Shown here: positions 50,725 to 60,830 of the stretch, piece by piece | Numbering within the stretch: the first letter of the stretch is position 1 | Layout: each line of letters opens with the position of its first letter | Assembly: GCA_963666285.1 (NCBI GenBank) | Contig: OY762711.1 | Strand: one strand, 5' to 3' | Source: Sedimentisphaerales bacterium | Lineage (GTDB): Bacteria > Planctomycetota > Phycisphaerae > Sedimentisphaerales > SM23-30 | Length of the DNA stretch: 64,000 nt | Translations under genes and position numbers: made by a program | The notes under the pieces: model-generated | What the model saw: the letters and a program-made list of their open reading frames with translations, nothing else | What the model was told of the DNA's origin: nothing | The model's database searches: none

Positions 50725-51897
50725 ATGTTTGGAGACAAAATAGCCCCATTATCCATATTAAGCCATTACTGGATGATACTGCCATTATCATTCCTGGTAG
50801 CTTGTCTCATGACCCCAATATTCCGTATTATCGCTTTGAAAACTGGGATAATGGATATGCCGGACGAATCGGTAAAAACTCATAAAGAACCAACTGCCTA
50901 TCTGGGCGGTCTTGGTATTCTTTCTGGAACATTAGTTGGCATAGGAATAGGTGCCTGGGGCGTTCATACAGGAAATATCCATACAGCTATTCCTAAAGAA
51001 ACAGTTCAAACAATTTTACCGCACGAGCCTTGGGTTTTAATCCTCGCAATAGGAATTGGTGCCGTAATAGCATGTATTGTAGGCCTGCTCGACGACTTAT
51101 ATGACTTAAAACCCGGCAAAAAATTTGCCGGACAAGCAGTTTCTGCTATAGTGCTGATCGTAGTTGGAATCCGTCCGGATCTCCAGGAAATATGTAAAGC
51201 AGCAACTGGCTGGAATATGCCTGAATGGCTGGAAATAACCATCAGTGCCCCTATCGTTCTGTTTTTCATACTAGCAGCAACAAATAGTTTGAACCTGCTG
51301 GATGGCCTGGATGGTCTTTGCGGCGGTGTCACCGCTATTATTGTGCTGGCATACTTTCTGCTGGCCTGGTCTCTGGCCACCTGGAACCATAACCCAAGCG
51401 GCGATACTACACGAATGATTGTATCATTATCACTGGTGGGAGGCGTACTGGGCTTTCTACCATTCAACCGCCATCCCGCAAAAATATTTATGGGTGATGC
51501 CGGAAGCATGCTGCTGGGATACATAGCAGGCGCTTTAATGATACTCTTTGCCGCTAAGTCAGGAAGATGGACAGTCGGCTCTCTGATAATCTTTGGACTG
51601 CCGATACTTGATACCGCAACAGCATTGATAAGAAGATATATAAACAATAAACCATTGTTTCTATCAGACCGAGGTCACATATATGATCAGCTAGTTGATC
51701 GCGGAATTTCCAAGGTAAAAACCGTAAAAATATGCTACCTGCTAAGTATAGTATACGCTATTGCCGGCCTGGGTATGTCTCTGATCAGATTTCGATATAC
51801 AATAGTGGCATTTGTATTCATCTTTGCCGTATCATTTTATATAGTATGGCTAGGTGGTTTTTTGCAGATTCCTGACAAAAAAGAGAAAAAAGAGTGA
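50725..51897 (+). CDS. MraY/WecA-family polyprenyl-phosphate HexNAc-1-phosphate transferase
   Basis: GLLDD, NLLDGLDGL, KIFMGDAGS and DRGHIY; multiple TM helices. Confidence 0.9.
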   Translation: MFGDKIAPLSILSHYWMILPLSFLVACLMTPIFRIIALKTGIMDMPDESVKTHKEPTAYLGGLGILSGTLVGIGIGAWGVHTGNIHTAIPKETVQTILPHEPWVLILAIGIGAVIACIVGLLDDLYDLKPGKKFAGQAVSAIVLIVVGIRPDLQEICKAATGWNMPEWLEITISAPIVLFFILAATNSLNLLDGLDGLCGGVTAIIVLAYFLLAWSLATWNHNPSGDTTRMIVSLSLVGGVLGFLPFNRHPAKIFMGDAGSMLLGYIAGALMILFAAKSGRWTVGSLIIFGLPILDTATALIRRYINNKPLFLSDRGHIYDQLVDRGISKVKTVKICYLLSIVYAIAGLGMSLIRFRYTIVAFVFIFAVSFYIVWLGGFLQIPDKKEKKE

Positions 51898-52079
51898 TAA
51901 ACATAACTTTTTTTTAATAAAACCTTTACATCACCACTGTTTCTATACATCAGTATTTTTACTTGCTAAAATCCCCCTTTTTGCTTATACTGGAGTTCTA
52001 TATATTCTACCATATTTGACTTATAGACAGTCAAAGTTTATATTGACCCATAAAAACGACACCTGAAAGGAAAAGAACT

Positions 52080-53411
52080 ATGTTTGGATGTCATTTAGGA
52101 AGAAATTTCCAACTTTCTGTTGCCGGTGGATCATACCAGGACGGGCTGACAGCTATGGTACATGGGGTACCGGCCGGGCTTGAATTGTCAGAACAGGAAA
52201 TATACGGTGATTTACTTTTAAGAAAACCCGGTGCCGATGAACTGAGCTCGCCCAGAAAAGAACCTGATATCCCTGTCATCTATACCGGCGTAAACGCTGC
52301 TGATACAATAGAAGACGCAGGAAATAAAGGCCTGACAAACGGTACTCCGCTTACACTGCTGATACCAAACCTTGACAGACACTTTATCCATATCAAACAG
52401 TATCAGGATACCAACCGAACACCTCGTCCCGGTCACGCATCATACGCATCTTTTGTGAAATACGGTCCCTGTGATGATGCCATCGGTGCCGGTATTTTCA
52501 GTGGTCGCTACACATCAACAATCGTAGGCGGCGGCTATATTGCCAAAAAGATACTAAAAAAATGTGGCATAAGAGTGTTTTCATATATTAAAGAAGCAGC
52601 CGGTGTGAAATGCCCGGAAGTTGACCTGGAAAAAGCATATGAATACACCGAAGCATATAAACAAATGCGTTGGGATTACGATCCATTCTATCAGAACCTG
52701 TATATCAATAAGCGTATTACACCTGAAATGCGATTCCTGGAAAAAATCGCGGTACTTTCAGAAGTAGAAGGCCAGATAGATGAAATTCGGGCCCAGCAGA
52801 AGGAAATGAAAGCAGATGAGATAGCAGATAAATACGGCGTTCATCATGTAATCAACAGCCCAGACCTGCAAGCATGCAAAGATATGCTGGAAGCATGTAC
52901 TAAGATAACAGCAACAGGTGATTCATCTGGCGGTACGGTTGAAGTTGTAGCACTTGGCGTTCCTGTCGGGCTGGGCGAACCTGTATTCAATAAGCTGGAC
53001 GCAGAATTAGGTCGCATGCTGGGAATAGGTGCCGTAAAGGGTGTTGAAGTTGGAGCAGGTTTTGCGGTAAAAGATATGACCGGTTATGAATGTAACGATC
53101 AGATCAAATGTGAAAACGGTAAAGTCGTATTTGACAGTAATAATGCCGGTGGTATAACAGGCGGTCTGACAACCGGCCAGCCGGTTATAGCCAGAGTGGC
53201 AGTCAAGCCAACACCTACAATTGACAAACCACAGCATACAATCGACAAATACACAAATGAGAACACAGACCTGGCAGCTATCACCAGACGTGACCCAACA
53301 ATTGTTGGCCGCATCTGGCCGGTCGCAGAAAATTACACTGCACTGGTAATCCTGGACGCCCTAATGCAGAATTGCGGGTACCAGGAAGTAATGAAAATGA
53401 TCCAGGCCTAA
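52080..53411 (+). CDS. aroC: chorismate synthase-like protein (divergent, with insertion)
   Basis: [32 protein letters not shown] and VKPTPT. Confidence 0.75.
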   Translation: MFGCHLGRNFQLSVAGGSYQDGLTAMVHGVPAGLELSEQEIYGDLLLRKPGADELSSPRKEPDIPVIYTGVNAADTIEDAGNKGLTNGTPLTLLIPNLDRHFIHIKQYQDTNRTPRPGHASYASFVKYGPCDDAIGAGIFSGRYTSTIVGGGYIAKKILKKCGIRVFSYIKEAAGVKCPEVDLEKAYEYTEAYKQMRWDYDPFYQNLYINKRITPEMRFLEKIAVLSEVEGQIDEIRAQQKEMKADEIADKYGVHHVINSPDLQACKDMLEACTKITATGDSSGGTVEVVALGVPVGLGEPVFNKLDAELGRMLGIGAVKGVEVGAGFAVKDMTGYECNDQIKCENGKVVFDSNNAGGITGGLTTGQPVIARVAVKPTPTIDKPQHTIDKYTNENTDLAAITRRDPTIVGRIWPVAENYTALVILDALMQNCGYQEVMKMIQA

Positions 53412-53432
53412 GAGATATTTAATGAAAACTAC

Positions 53433-53465
53433 AAAGGACGACATATACCATGTCGTCCTTTTTTT
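53433..53465. terminator. intrinsic terminator between convergent genes
   Basis: AAAGGACGACAT-loop-ATGTCGTCCTTT plus T run. Confidence 0.85.
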
Positions 53466-53475
53466 ATGAATAGAA

Positions 53476-54174
53476 TCAGCAAAACCTTTCTTTGCTACCG
53501 CAACAAATAAATCTATAAGCAAAAGCTCCAAGCACGGCACCAAGGATAGGCCCTACGATATACGCAGCCAGGTGAGAAAGTTCACCGGAGATAAGAGCCG
53601 GCCCGATACTCCTGGCAGGATTCATTGATGCTCCGCAAACAGGTCCGGCAAATAATGCTTCCAGCGTAACTGTAGCGCCAATAGCAATACCGGCAAGCTC
53701 CCCTACCGCTCTTGTATCAGTTGCAACCGAAACAATAATGAACATTAAAAGAAAAGTAAGAATAAGCTCCCACCAAAATGCAGTAAAAAACATGTCATTT
53801 ATGGGCTGGGTTATGCCGTAATGAAATACGATATCTGGATACTTATGCAATAATGCCGGTATGAGAATGAACTTGTGTAAAAGACTGGCAGATATCGCCC
53901 CCAATACCTGTGAAGACCAATATGGAACCACATTTTTTTTAGGAAAATTCCTGGTAACCATAAAAGCAAGTGTTACAGCCGGGTTAAAATGCGCCCCGGA
54001 AATATGGCCCAAAGAATATATCATGACCATTACTGCAAGTCCAAACGCTATCGATACACCGAAATGAGATATTGGCGATTCCGGCAGCTGTGTAAGCATT
54101 GCCGCTCCACATCCGGCAAATACAATAGCAAAAGCTCCTAAATATTCTGCGACTGATTTTCTTACTAATTCCAT
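53476..54174 (-). CDS. MIP family channel (aquaporin/aquaglyceroporin)
   Basis: SGAHFNPAVT and SMNPARS. Confidence 0.93.
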   Translation of the reverse strand: MELVRKSVAEYLGAFAIVFAGCGAAMLTQLPESPISHFGVSIAFGLAVMVMIYSLGHISGAHFNPAVTLAFMVTRNFPKKNVVPYWSSQVLGAISASLLHKFILIPALLHKYPDIVFHYGITQPINDMFFTAFWWELILTFLLMFIIVSVATDTRAVGELAGIAIGATVTLEALFAGPVCGASMNPARSIGPALISGELSHLAAYIVGPILGAVLGAFAYRFICCGSKERFC

Positions 54175-54179
54175 TCAAA

Positions 54180-56294
54180 TTACTCCTTACCAGGAGATTG
54201 AAAAGGTACTATTTTCTGAACTTTTCTATTAGCCAGTGATTTACTTACCTCATCATATAATTCTTTTTGAGCTCGAACGCCTTTGCCAGCCGGCAAAGTC
54301 CAGGTCCCGTCAGAATTGAGCTTCCAGGCAGTTTGTTTATCCTTGAAATAAATATCAAGCATTGCTTTCAACCTCGTCTGCTGCCATTGCCCTTCGACAG
54401 GAAACAAAATCTCAAGCCTCTTATCAAGATTTCTAGTCATCCAGTCTGCACTGGAAAGATAATATTCCGATCTTCCACCATTCCCAAAACAGAAAATCCT
54501 GGCATGCTCTAAAAAACGATCAACGATTGATATTACTTTTATATTTTCAGAAACACCTTTCAGTCCGGGCTTCAGACAGCAGATCCCACGTATATTAAGC
54601 TTAATTTTAACACCGGCCTGGGAAGCACTATACAAAGCCTCAATCATTTGCCTGTCCTGCAGTGAATTCATTTTTGCAATAATAGTTCCGGATTCACCTT
54701 TTTCAGCCAGCATAATCTCTCTATCAATTAATTCAATTAGACGACTCTTTAAGGTAATTGGAGCAACAGCAATTTTTTTCCATCTTACAGGTTCGGATAA
54801 ACCGGTTACCAGATTAAAGAAAGCCGAGACATCAACAGCGATATCCTTATTAGACGTCATAAGCCCAAGATCAGCATATATTTTAGCAGTTTTGTCATGA
54901 TAATTACCAGTTGCGAGATGTACGTATTGACGCAGCCTGCCAGCTTCTTTTCGCACAATCAAAAGAGCCTTAGAATGAATTTTATACTTTGCAACTCCAT
55001 AGACAACAAAACATCCGGCATCTTCAAGCCTGCGAGCCCATTTGATATTCTGCTGTTCATCAAATCTTGCCTTCAACTCAACAACAACTGTCACCTGTTT
55101 ACCTGATTCAGCAGCACGTTCCAACGCCCTGATAATTGGAGAGTCTCCACTGGTGCGATACAGGGTCTGCTTAATCGCCAATACGCAAGGGTCATCAGCA
55201 GCTTTATTTATCAAATCTACTACCGGTTGAAATGACTCATACGGATGAGATAAAAGGATATCTCTTTCCTGTAAAGTTGCAAAAATATCAGTTGAATCAG
55301 CCAGTCCCAATGCCGGCTGAGGAGGCCAGTCAGGGATTTTCAGATGGTCAAACCCAATGCAGAAACAAATAGACATAGCCTCATTTGCTCCTATCAAGCT
55401 GGAGATTCTAAAAGTATCAAGCTCTGTCAGTTCCAAAGATTCATGCAGCCAGTCAACAATCTCATAGTCCAGATCATCTGAAACTTCAAGCCTTATCGGG
55501 CTTCTGCGACGTCTGGACCGTACTGCCTGCTCAACAGTAGCCAGCAAATCAGCAGCTTCATCATCCTGAATATCGACATCAGCATCCCGGGTAAGCTTAA
55601 AATAACCTCCGGATAAAATCTCAAAATCTGGCAGCAGCTCCTGGGCATTTGCCAATATGATCTGCTCCTGAGGAATTAGAATTCTTTCGTTTACGGTATT
55701 TGTTAACGGAATAAATCGAGGAATCGCAGACAGCAGAGGGATAATCACATAACTTAATCCATCTTTGTCAGCAAAAGCCGACTCTTCATTCAATGGCTTA
55801 ACCTTTAAGATCACGTTAAGTTGACCGCCGGGCAGCCAGGGCAGCTCACGATCTGACGGAATGGTTAAAACGGTAACAGCAGGTTTAATATCAGAGTGGA
55901 AAAAACTCATAGCAGACTCTATTTGAGCTTCGTCACATCCGGAAATATCCAGTATCCTGATACCTTCAGTAGATAAATGTTTTATTATCTGGTTAAGAAT
56001 TTTACAGTGGTTAGTATTTAATTCCTGTATTTTATCACTTATTTCAACAAGCTGTTGAGAGGGAGTAAGCCCTGATAGATCTTTTTTTCTGACAGAAGAA
56101 GCTATCTGCTGTTTGAGACCGGCTACTCTAATCATATAAAACTCTTCAAGATTAGAACTGAATATTGCAGAAAACTTGAGTCGTTCCAATATCGGAAGGT
56201 CATCCCGACCGGCCTGGTATAAGACCCTTTCATTAAAAGCAATCCAGCTCAATTCCCTGTTAATAAAATGTTTTTCGGTAAAAATTGATGTCAT
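54180..56294 (-). CDS. ppk1: polyphosphate kinase 1
   Basis: NRELSW..FN.RV, HPYESF, ELKARFDE, KIHSK and RFLEHAR. Confidence 0.96.
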   Translation of the reverse strand: MTSIFTEKHFINRELSWIAFNERVLYQAGRDDLPILERLKFSAIFSSNLEEFYMIRVAGLKQQIASSVRKKDLSGLTPSQQLVEISDKIQELNTNHCKILNQIIKHLSTEGIRILDISGCDEAQIESAMSFFHSDIKPAVTVLTIPSDRELPWLPGGQLNVILKVKPLNEESAFADKDGLSYVIIPLLSAIPRFIPLTNTVNERILIPQEQIILANAQELLPDFEILSGGYFKLTRDADVDIQDDEAADLLATVEQAVRSRRRRSPIRLEVSDDLDYEIVDWLHESLELTELDTFRISSLIGANEAMSICFCIGFDHLKIPDWPPQPALGLADSTDIFATLQERDILLSHPYESFQPVVDLINKAADDPCVLAIKQTLYRTSGDSPIIRALERAAESGKQVTVVVELKARFDEQQNIKWARRLEDAGCFVVYGVAKYKIHSKALLIVRKEAGRLRQYVHLATGNYHDKTAKIYADLGLMTSNKDIAVDVSAFFNLVTGLSEPVRWKKIAVAPITLKSRLIELIDREIMLAEKGESGTIIAKMNSLQDRQMIEALYSASQAGVKIKLNIRGICCLKPGLKGVSENIKVISIVDRFLEHARIFCFGNGGRSEYYLSSADWMTRNLDKRLEILFPVEGQWQQTRLKAMLDIYFKDKQTAWKLNSDGTWTLPAGKGVRAQKELYDEVSKSLANRKVQKIVPFQSPGKE

Positions 56295-56296
56295 TT

Positions 56297-57859
56297 CTAA
56301 CTCTCATCAGCACTAATAGAAATACAAAAAATATCTTCCAGTATCTTGGCAGCGCGATTTATCTGTTTCATTCTGCTGCCGGTATTGCTAAAGGAAGTTT
56401 CAATTTGAATAGTATCATTATTTAGTCTAAATTTAATTTCATCTTTAATTCCGACAACTGAAGCCAACGAAATAGCAAAACGTAAAATCGCCGCCAGTTT
56501 GTTAACGGTCATTCTCTGAGCTCTTGGCAATGAGATATAATCAGTATGTGAATTTTTGGGCAAGCTCCTTCGATGGTATCTGGCAACCTGTGCAACCAGA
56601 TTGAGGTCGGCATTATCCAAACCAAATATTTCAGAGTTTGAAATTATGTAATATGTATGTTTATGGTATGCACGGGTAGAAATAAATGTGCCTACGCGAT
56701 GTAAAACAGCAGCTATCTCAAGTAAGACACAAAACCTTGGGTTTAAATTATGCAATGGGGTAAGATCATCAAACAACCGTTTACACCAGTGTACAACGGT
56801 TTCGTATTCTTCTGAATTGATAAGATACTTATCTGCAAGTGCATGGGCAGAATGAATGGCCTCCCGCCAGGTAAAATCCTGCTTTGCCCCAGATTGGGTA
56901 TTGAATATATCAGCCAGAATCCCTTCTCTCATATTAACCATTGGGACATATATTTCCTTGACTTCAGTCATTTTGACCAGAGCCTGGTATATTGCAAATG
57001 CCGGATTCAAAGTCTCAGCAGTCGACAATGTAATTTCACTGTACTTCATCGCCAATTCTGAAGGAGACATTTTCTGCATTTTTTTTACATACTTCTGAAA
57101 TACTTCGTTTGATACGGTTACAACACCATCGCTTTCTTCCTGTCCATCGCGATGAGCAACAAACCGTATATCAGACCCAAGCAGAACAAGCTTATCTACC
57201 TTATTCAGCGATATTAGACTGCGAGTTGTATCAACAAAAGAATTCAAACGATATACTGCCTGCTGATATACTTCCGACCAGGCAGACTGCCAGTTATAAT
57301 ATTCTTCCAAAAGTTTTACCGCACCAAGGCCAATGGTATGAGAAGCAATAATATCACCATCGTGAACTAAAGTTAAAAGGGTACTACCTCCTCCGGCATC
57401 AACTACCAACACATTGCCCTTAAGCAACTGGTCATTACGGTCGATTTTACTGTATATTGCCATAACCATAAGACGGCTTTCTTCTGAAGTATCGATAACC
57501 TCAACCTCTACCCCGGTAGCTATCATTGCCCTATCAAGAAAGACATCAGCATTTACTGCTTCCCGAACCGCACTCGTTGCTACTACCCGACAATAATTAA
57601 CTTTATAGGCTTTGAGAATTCCGGTAAATTCTCGTAAGATGCCAATAGCCTTCTGCATGACTTTTCTGCCAATACGACCACTGCTAAATGTGTCGTGGCC
57701 AAGCAAAACAGTCTTATGCAGACTTTCAAGTATCTCTACTTCCCCATCAGGAGCCTTCTGGCCAATTATCATCCGAATAGCATTTGAGCCAATGTCAATG
57801 GCTGCCGCGGTAATTTCATCCAGGTTATTATTTTCACAAAATACTTTATTAACCATCAC
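56297..57859 (-). CDS. ppx: exopolyphosphatase (Ppx/GppA)
   Basis: IDIGSNAIR, ATSAVREA, DAGGGST and VARYHR; adjacent to ppk1. Confidence 0.9.
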   Translation of the reverse strand: MMVNKVFCENNNLDEITAAAIDIGSNAIRMIIGQKAPDGEVEILESLHKTVLLGHDTFSSGRIGRKVMQKAIGILREFTGILKAYKVNYCRVVATSAVREAVNADVFLDRAMIATGVEVEVIDTSEESRLMVMAIYSKIDRNDQLLKGNVLVVDAGGGSTLLTLVHDGDIIASHTIGLGAVKLLEEYYNWQSAWSEVYQQAVYRLNSFVDTTRSLISLNKVDKLVLLGSDIRFVAHRDGQEESDGVVTVSNEVFQKYVKKMQKMSPSELAMKYSEITLSTAETLNPAFAIYQALVKMTEVKEIYVPMVNMREGILADIFNTQSGAKQDFTWREAIHSAHALADKYLINSEEYETVVHWCKRLFDDLTPLHNLNPRFCVLLEIAAVLHRVGTFISTRAYHKHTYYIISNSEIFGLDNADLNLVAQVARYHRRSLPKNSHTDYISLPRAQRMTVNKLAAILRFAISLASVVGIKDEIKFRLNNDTIQIETSFSNTGSRMKQINRAAKILEDIFCISISADES

Positions 57860-58006
57860 TAAATAAGTCCTTTCATTATAACTTATTACAAAATAGTATA
57901 TTAGCCAGAATGAAGAGATTCAATGTTAATTTCATATTAAGTTTTCGTTAACAATTCCAGAAAAAATGTTTTGATAATTTCCCTACGCTGCCGATAATAA
58001 AAGCTG

Positions 58007-59155
58007 ATGGAAACCGAACAAAAACTTAACATACTGGCAGATTCGAGCAAATTTGACCTGGCATGCTCATGCAGACTAAAAGATGAACCAGGTCGAGTTC
58101 GCGGCGAAGCCGGTAAATGGATTTACCCGGCCTCCCTGCCTGACGGTCGTAAAACCTTTCTAATGAAGGTCTTACAGTCAAACGAATGTATAAATGACTG
58201 CAAATACTGCCCTTTTAACGACAATCGAGACCTGCAAAGATGCAGTTTATCGCCGGAAGAGCTGGCAAATAAGTTCATAGAGCTATATAGCGTCAAAATG
58301 GTCGAGGGATTATTTCTTTCGTCCGGAATCAGCTGCAGTGCCGATCAGACCATGACAAAAATGATCGATACGATATCGTTATTGAGATACAAACACCATT
58401 TTAAGGGATTTATTCATTTGAAAATTGTTCCCGGGTGCAGCGATGAAGCGATCCGACAGGCGGTAAACCTGGCAACAAGGGTTTCTGTCAACATTGAAGC
58501 TCCAAATGAAAAACGTCTTGGAAAACTCAGCAGCAAAAAGAATTTCAAAGACGGCATTATTCACAGCATGAAAATGATCAATCATTATCGTCAGAATTTG
58601 AATAGACATTGCTGTCAGACTACCCAGTTTGTGGTTGGAGCTGCCGGAGAAACGGATAAGGAGATACTTTCTGCCACCTGGCGATTATACACCGGCTATG
58701 AAATGGAAAGAATATACTATTCAGCCTATCAGCCGTTAATGGAAAGTGCAAAACCGGCATCGGGAACTCAAATGGCTTTATTTGCAGATATTCCCCTGGC
58801 TAATCCTAAAAAAGCTAATTCCAGCTTTATACGTGAACACAGGCTATATCAGACTGATTACTTGTTTAGAAAATACGGTTTTTCCGAAAATGATATTCTA
58901 CTCGATCCTGAAGGCAATCTCGACCTTGAACTAGACCCAAAACAGATATGGGCCAACAGCCATCCCGAGTTTTTCCCAATAGATATTAACCGGGCAGACT
59001 ATTATGAACTGCTAAGAGTACCTGGAATTGGACCAATTCTGGCAAAAAGGATTGTAAAATGGCGAAAAAAAGGCATAATTCAATATTATCATGCAAAAAA
59101 GATAGGAATAAACTTAAATAAAAGCGGTAACTATATATTTTGGAAGAAAAAATGA
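58007..59155 (+). CDS. putative DNA modification/repair radical SAM protein with C-terminal HhH
   Basis: KLNILADSSKFD, CINDCKYC, EGLFLSSG, REHRLYQ.DYL and LLRVPGIG. Confidence 0.85.
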   Translation: METEQKLNILADSSKFDLACSCRLKDEPGRVRGEAGKWIYPASLPDGRKTFLMKVLQSNECINDCKYCPFNDNRDLQRCSLSPEELANKFIELYSVKMVEGLFLSSGISCSADQTMTKMIDTISLLRYKHHFKGFIHLKIVPGCSDEAIRQAVNLATRVSVNIEAPNEKRLGKLSSKKNFKDGIIHSMKMINHYRQNLNRHCCQTTQFVVGAAGETDKEILSATWRLYTGYEMERIYYSAYQPLMESAKPASGTQMALFADIPLANPKKANSSFIREHRLYQTDYLFRKYGFSENDILLDPEGNLDLELDPKQIWANSHPEFFPIDINRADYYELLRVPGIGPILAKRIVKWRKKGIIQYYHAKKIGINLNKSGNYIFWKKK

Positions 59156-60033
59156 ACCATATTATCATCGAAAAATTTGGAAAATACCCTGAAATTAAAT
59201 GCCTGGACCATGGCTTTGTAAAATTAATCGACTGTATGCCCGGAATGCTCCCTGAAGGTGAAGATTCTGCCGACTATGCAATTGCAGAAGCTGCCAGGTG
59301 CAGTTATCAGAGAGGCACCAAAACACTTAATGACGATAAAGAACTGATTCGCTATCTAATCAGGCATCTGCATACATCTCCGCTGGAAATGGTTGAATTC
59401 AAGTTTCATATCAAACTGCCGGTTTTCGTTGCCAGGCAGTGGCTTCGCCATCGCACTGCAAGCCTGAACGAACTGAGCGGAAGATATTCCGAAATGCCAG
59501 AAGAATACTACCTGCCGCCGCTCGAAGAGATGCGTACCCAGGGAAAAACCAATAAACAAGGTTCCGGTGAAGGCACTATCGAAAATAATGACAAAATCAA
59601 AAAAATGATTGAAGATACCAATAAAGGCAGCTTTGACACTTACCATAAATGTCTTGAAGCCGGACTGGTTAGAGAATTGTCAAGAACGGTTCTGCCGCTG
59701 GCGGTCTATACCGAGATGTATTGGAAAATGGACCTGCACAACCTGCTGCATTTCCTGGACCTGAGATGTGACAGCCACGCCCAGAAGGAAATACGGGTAT
59801 ATGCAGACGCTATGCTGGAGTTAATTACCCCGATTGTACCATACACAATTGAAGCCTGGGAAGACTACAGCAGCTACCGGGGCGGAATGACTCTAACCGC
59901 AAAAGAAATTAAAAGCCTGAAGGAATACATGGCAGACCCATCAGAAGAGGCATTAAAAATAAAAAATGCGGGTAAAATTGAAAATATTGAATGGCAGAAT
60001 AAATTAAAAAAGATTCTACCAAATGATAACTAA
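59152..60033 (+). CDS. thyX: FAD-dependent thymidylate synthase
   Basis: HTSPLE, RHRTASLNELSGRY and AQKEIR; ATGA overlap with the upstream stop. Confidence 0.95.
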   Translation: MNHIIIEKFGKYPEIKCLDHGFVKLIDCMPGMLPEGEDSADYAIAEAARCSYQRGTKTLNDDKELIRYLIRHLHTSPLEMVEFKFHIKLPVFVARQWLRHRTASLNELSGRYSEMPEEYYLPPLEEMRTQGKTNKQGSGEGTIENNDKIKKMIEDTNKGSFDTYHKCLEAGLVRELSRTVLPLAVYTEMYWKMDLHNLLHFLDLRCDSHAQKEIRVYADAMLELITPIVPYTIEAWEDYSSYRGGMTLTAKEIKSLKEYMADPSEEALKIKNAGKIENIEWQNKLKKILPNDN

Positions 60034-60063
60034 TTATCAGTAAATAATTACTAAGGAGCAACG

Positions 60064-60816
60064 ATGGACAGAAGATCATTTGTAGCAAGCAGTTTAGCGC
60101 TGGGAAGTGCATCAATAATGTTAACCGGGTGCAGCGTACCTAAATCCGACTGCTGTAAAAAAGGTAAATCCTTTTTTCCCAAAGGCGGCACAATACTATT
60201 TCAAGGTGACTCGATAACCGATGCACATAGAGATCGTAACAAACAGACAAATGCTAATGACAGCGGTGCGCTCGGTAGAGGCTATGTATATTCAATTGCC
60301 ACCCAGTTGTTAACCGACCATGCCGAAGATGATCTGAAAATCTATAATACCGGGATTAGCGGCAACAAGGTCTACCAGCTGGCAGAAAGATGGCAGAAAG
60401 ACTGCCTGGACTTCAAACCGGATGTACTTAGCATATTAATCGGTGTTAATGATATCTGGCATACTTTAAACGGTAATTATAACGGAACTGTTGAAAAATA
60501 TGAGAAAGATTACAGAGCGTTACTGGAACGTACATTAAAAGCTTTACCAGATGTAAAACTGGTAATCTGCGAGCCTTTTGTCCTACGCTGCGGAGCAGTC
60601 ACCGATAAATGGTTCCCGGAATTTGATGGCTATCGCGCTTCTGCAAAAAAAATATCAGAAGAATTTAATACACTGTTTGTCCCATTCCAATCCATGTTTG
60701 ATAAAGTGGTCGAAATGACTCCTCCTCAACACTGGGCCGCTGACGGTGTTCACCCCACAATGGCAGGTGCTTATCTTATGGGCCAGGAATGGATAAAGAC
60801 AGTGCGAGATGCCTAA
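60064..60816 (+). CDS. Tat-exported SGNH/GDSL hydrolase, probable lipoprotein
   Basis: MDRRSF signal, LTGC lipobox-like; GDSITD, GISG, GVND and DGVHP. Confidence 0.9.
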   Translation: MDRRSFVASSLALGSASIMLTGCSVPKSDCCKKGKSFFPKGGTILFQGDSITDAHRDRNKQTNANDSGALGRGYVYSIATQLLTDHAEDDLKIYNTGISGNKVYQLAERWQKDCLDFKPDVLSILIGVNDIWHTLNGNYNGTVEKYEKDYRALLERTLKALPDVKLVICEPFVLRCGAVTDKWFPEFDGYRASAKKISEEFNTLFVPFQSMFDKVVEMTPPQHWAADGVHPTMAGAYLMGQEWIKTVRDA

Positions 60817-60830
60817 GCATTATTACCGTA

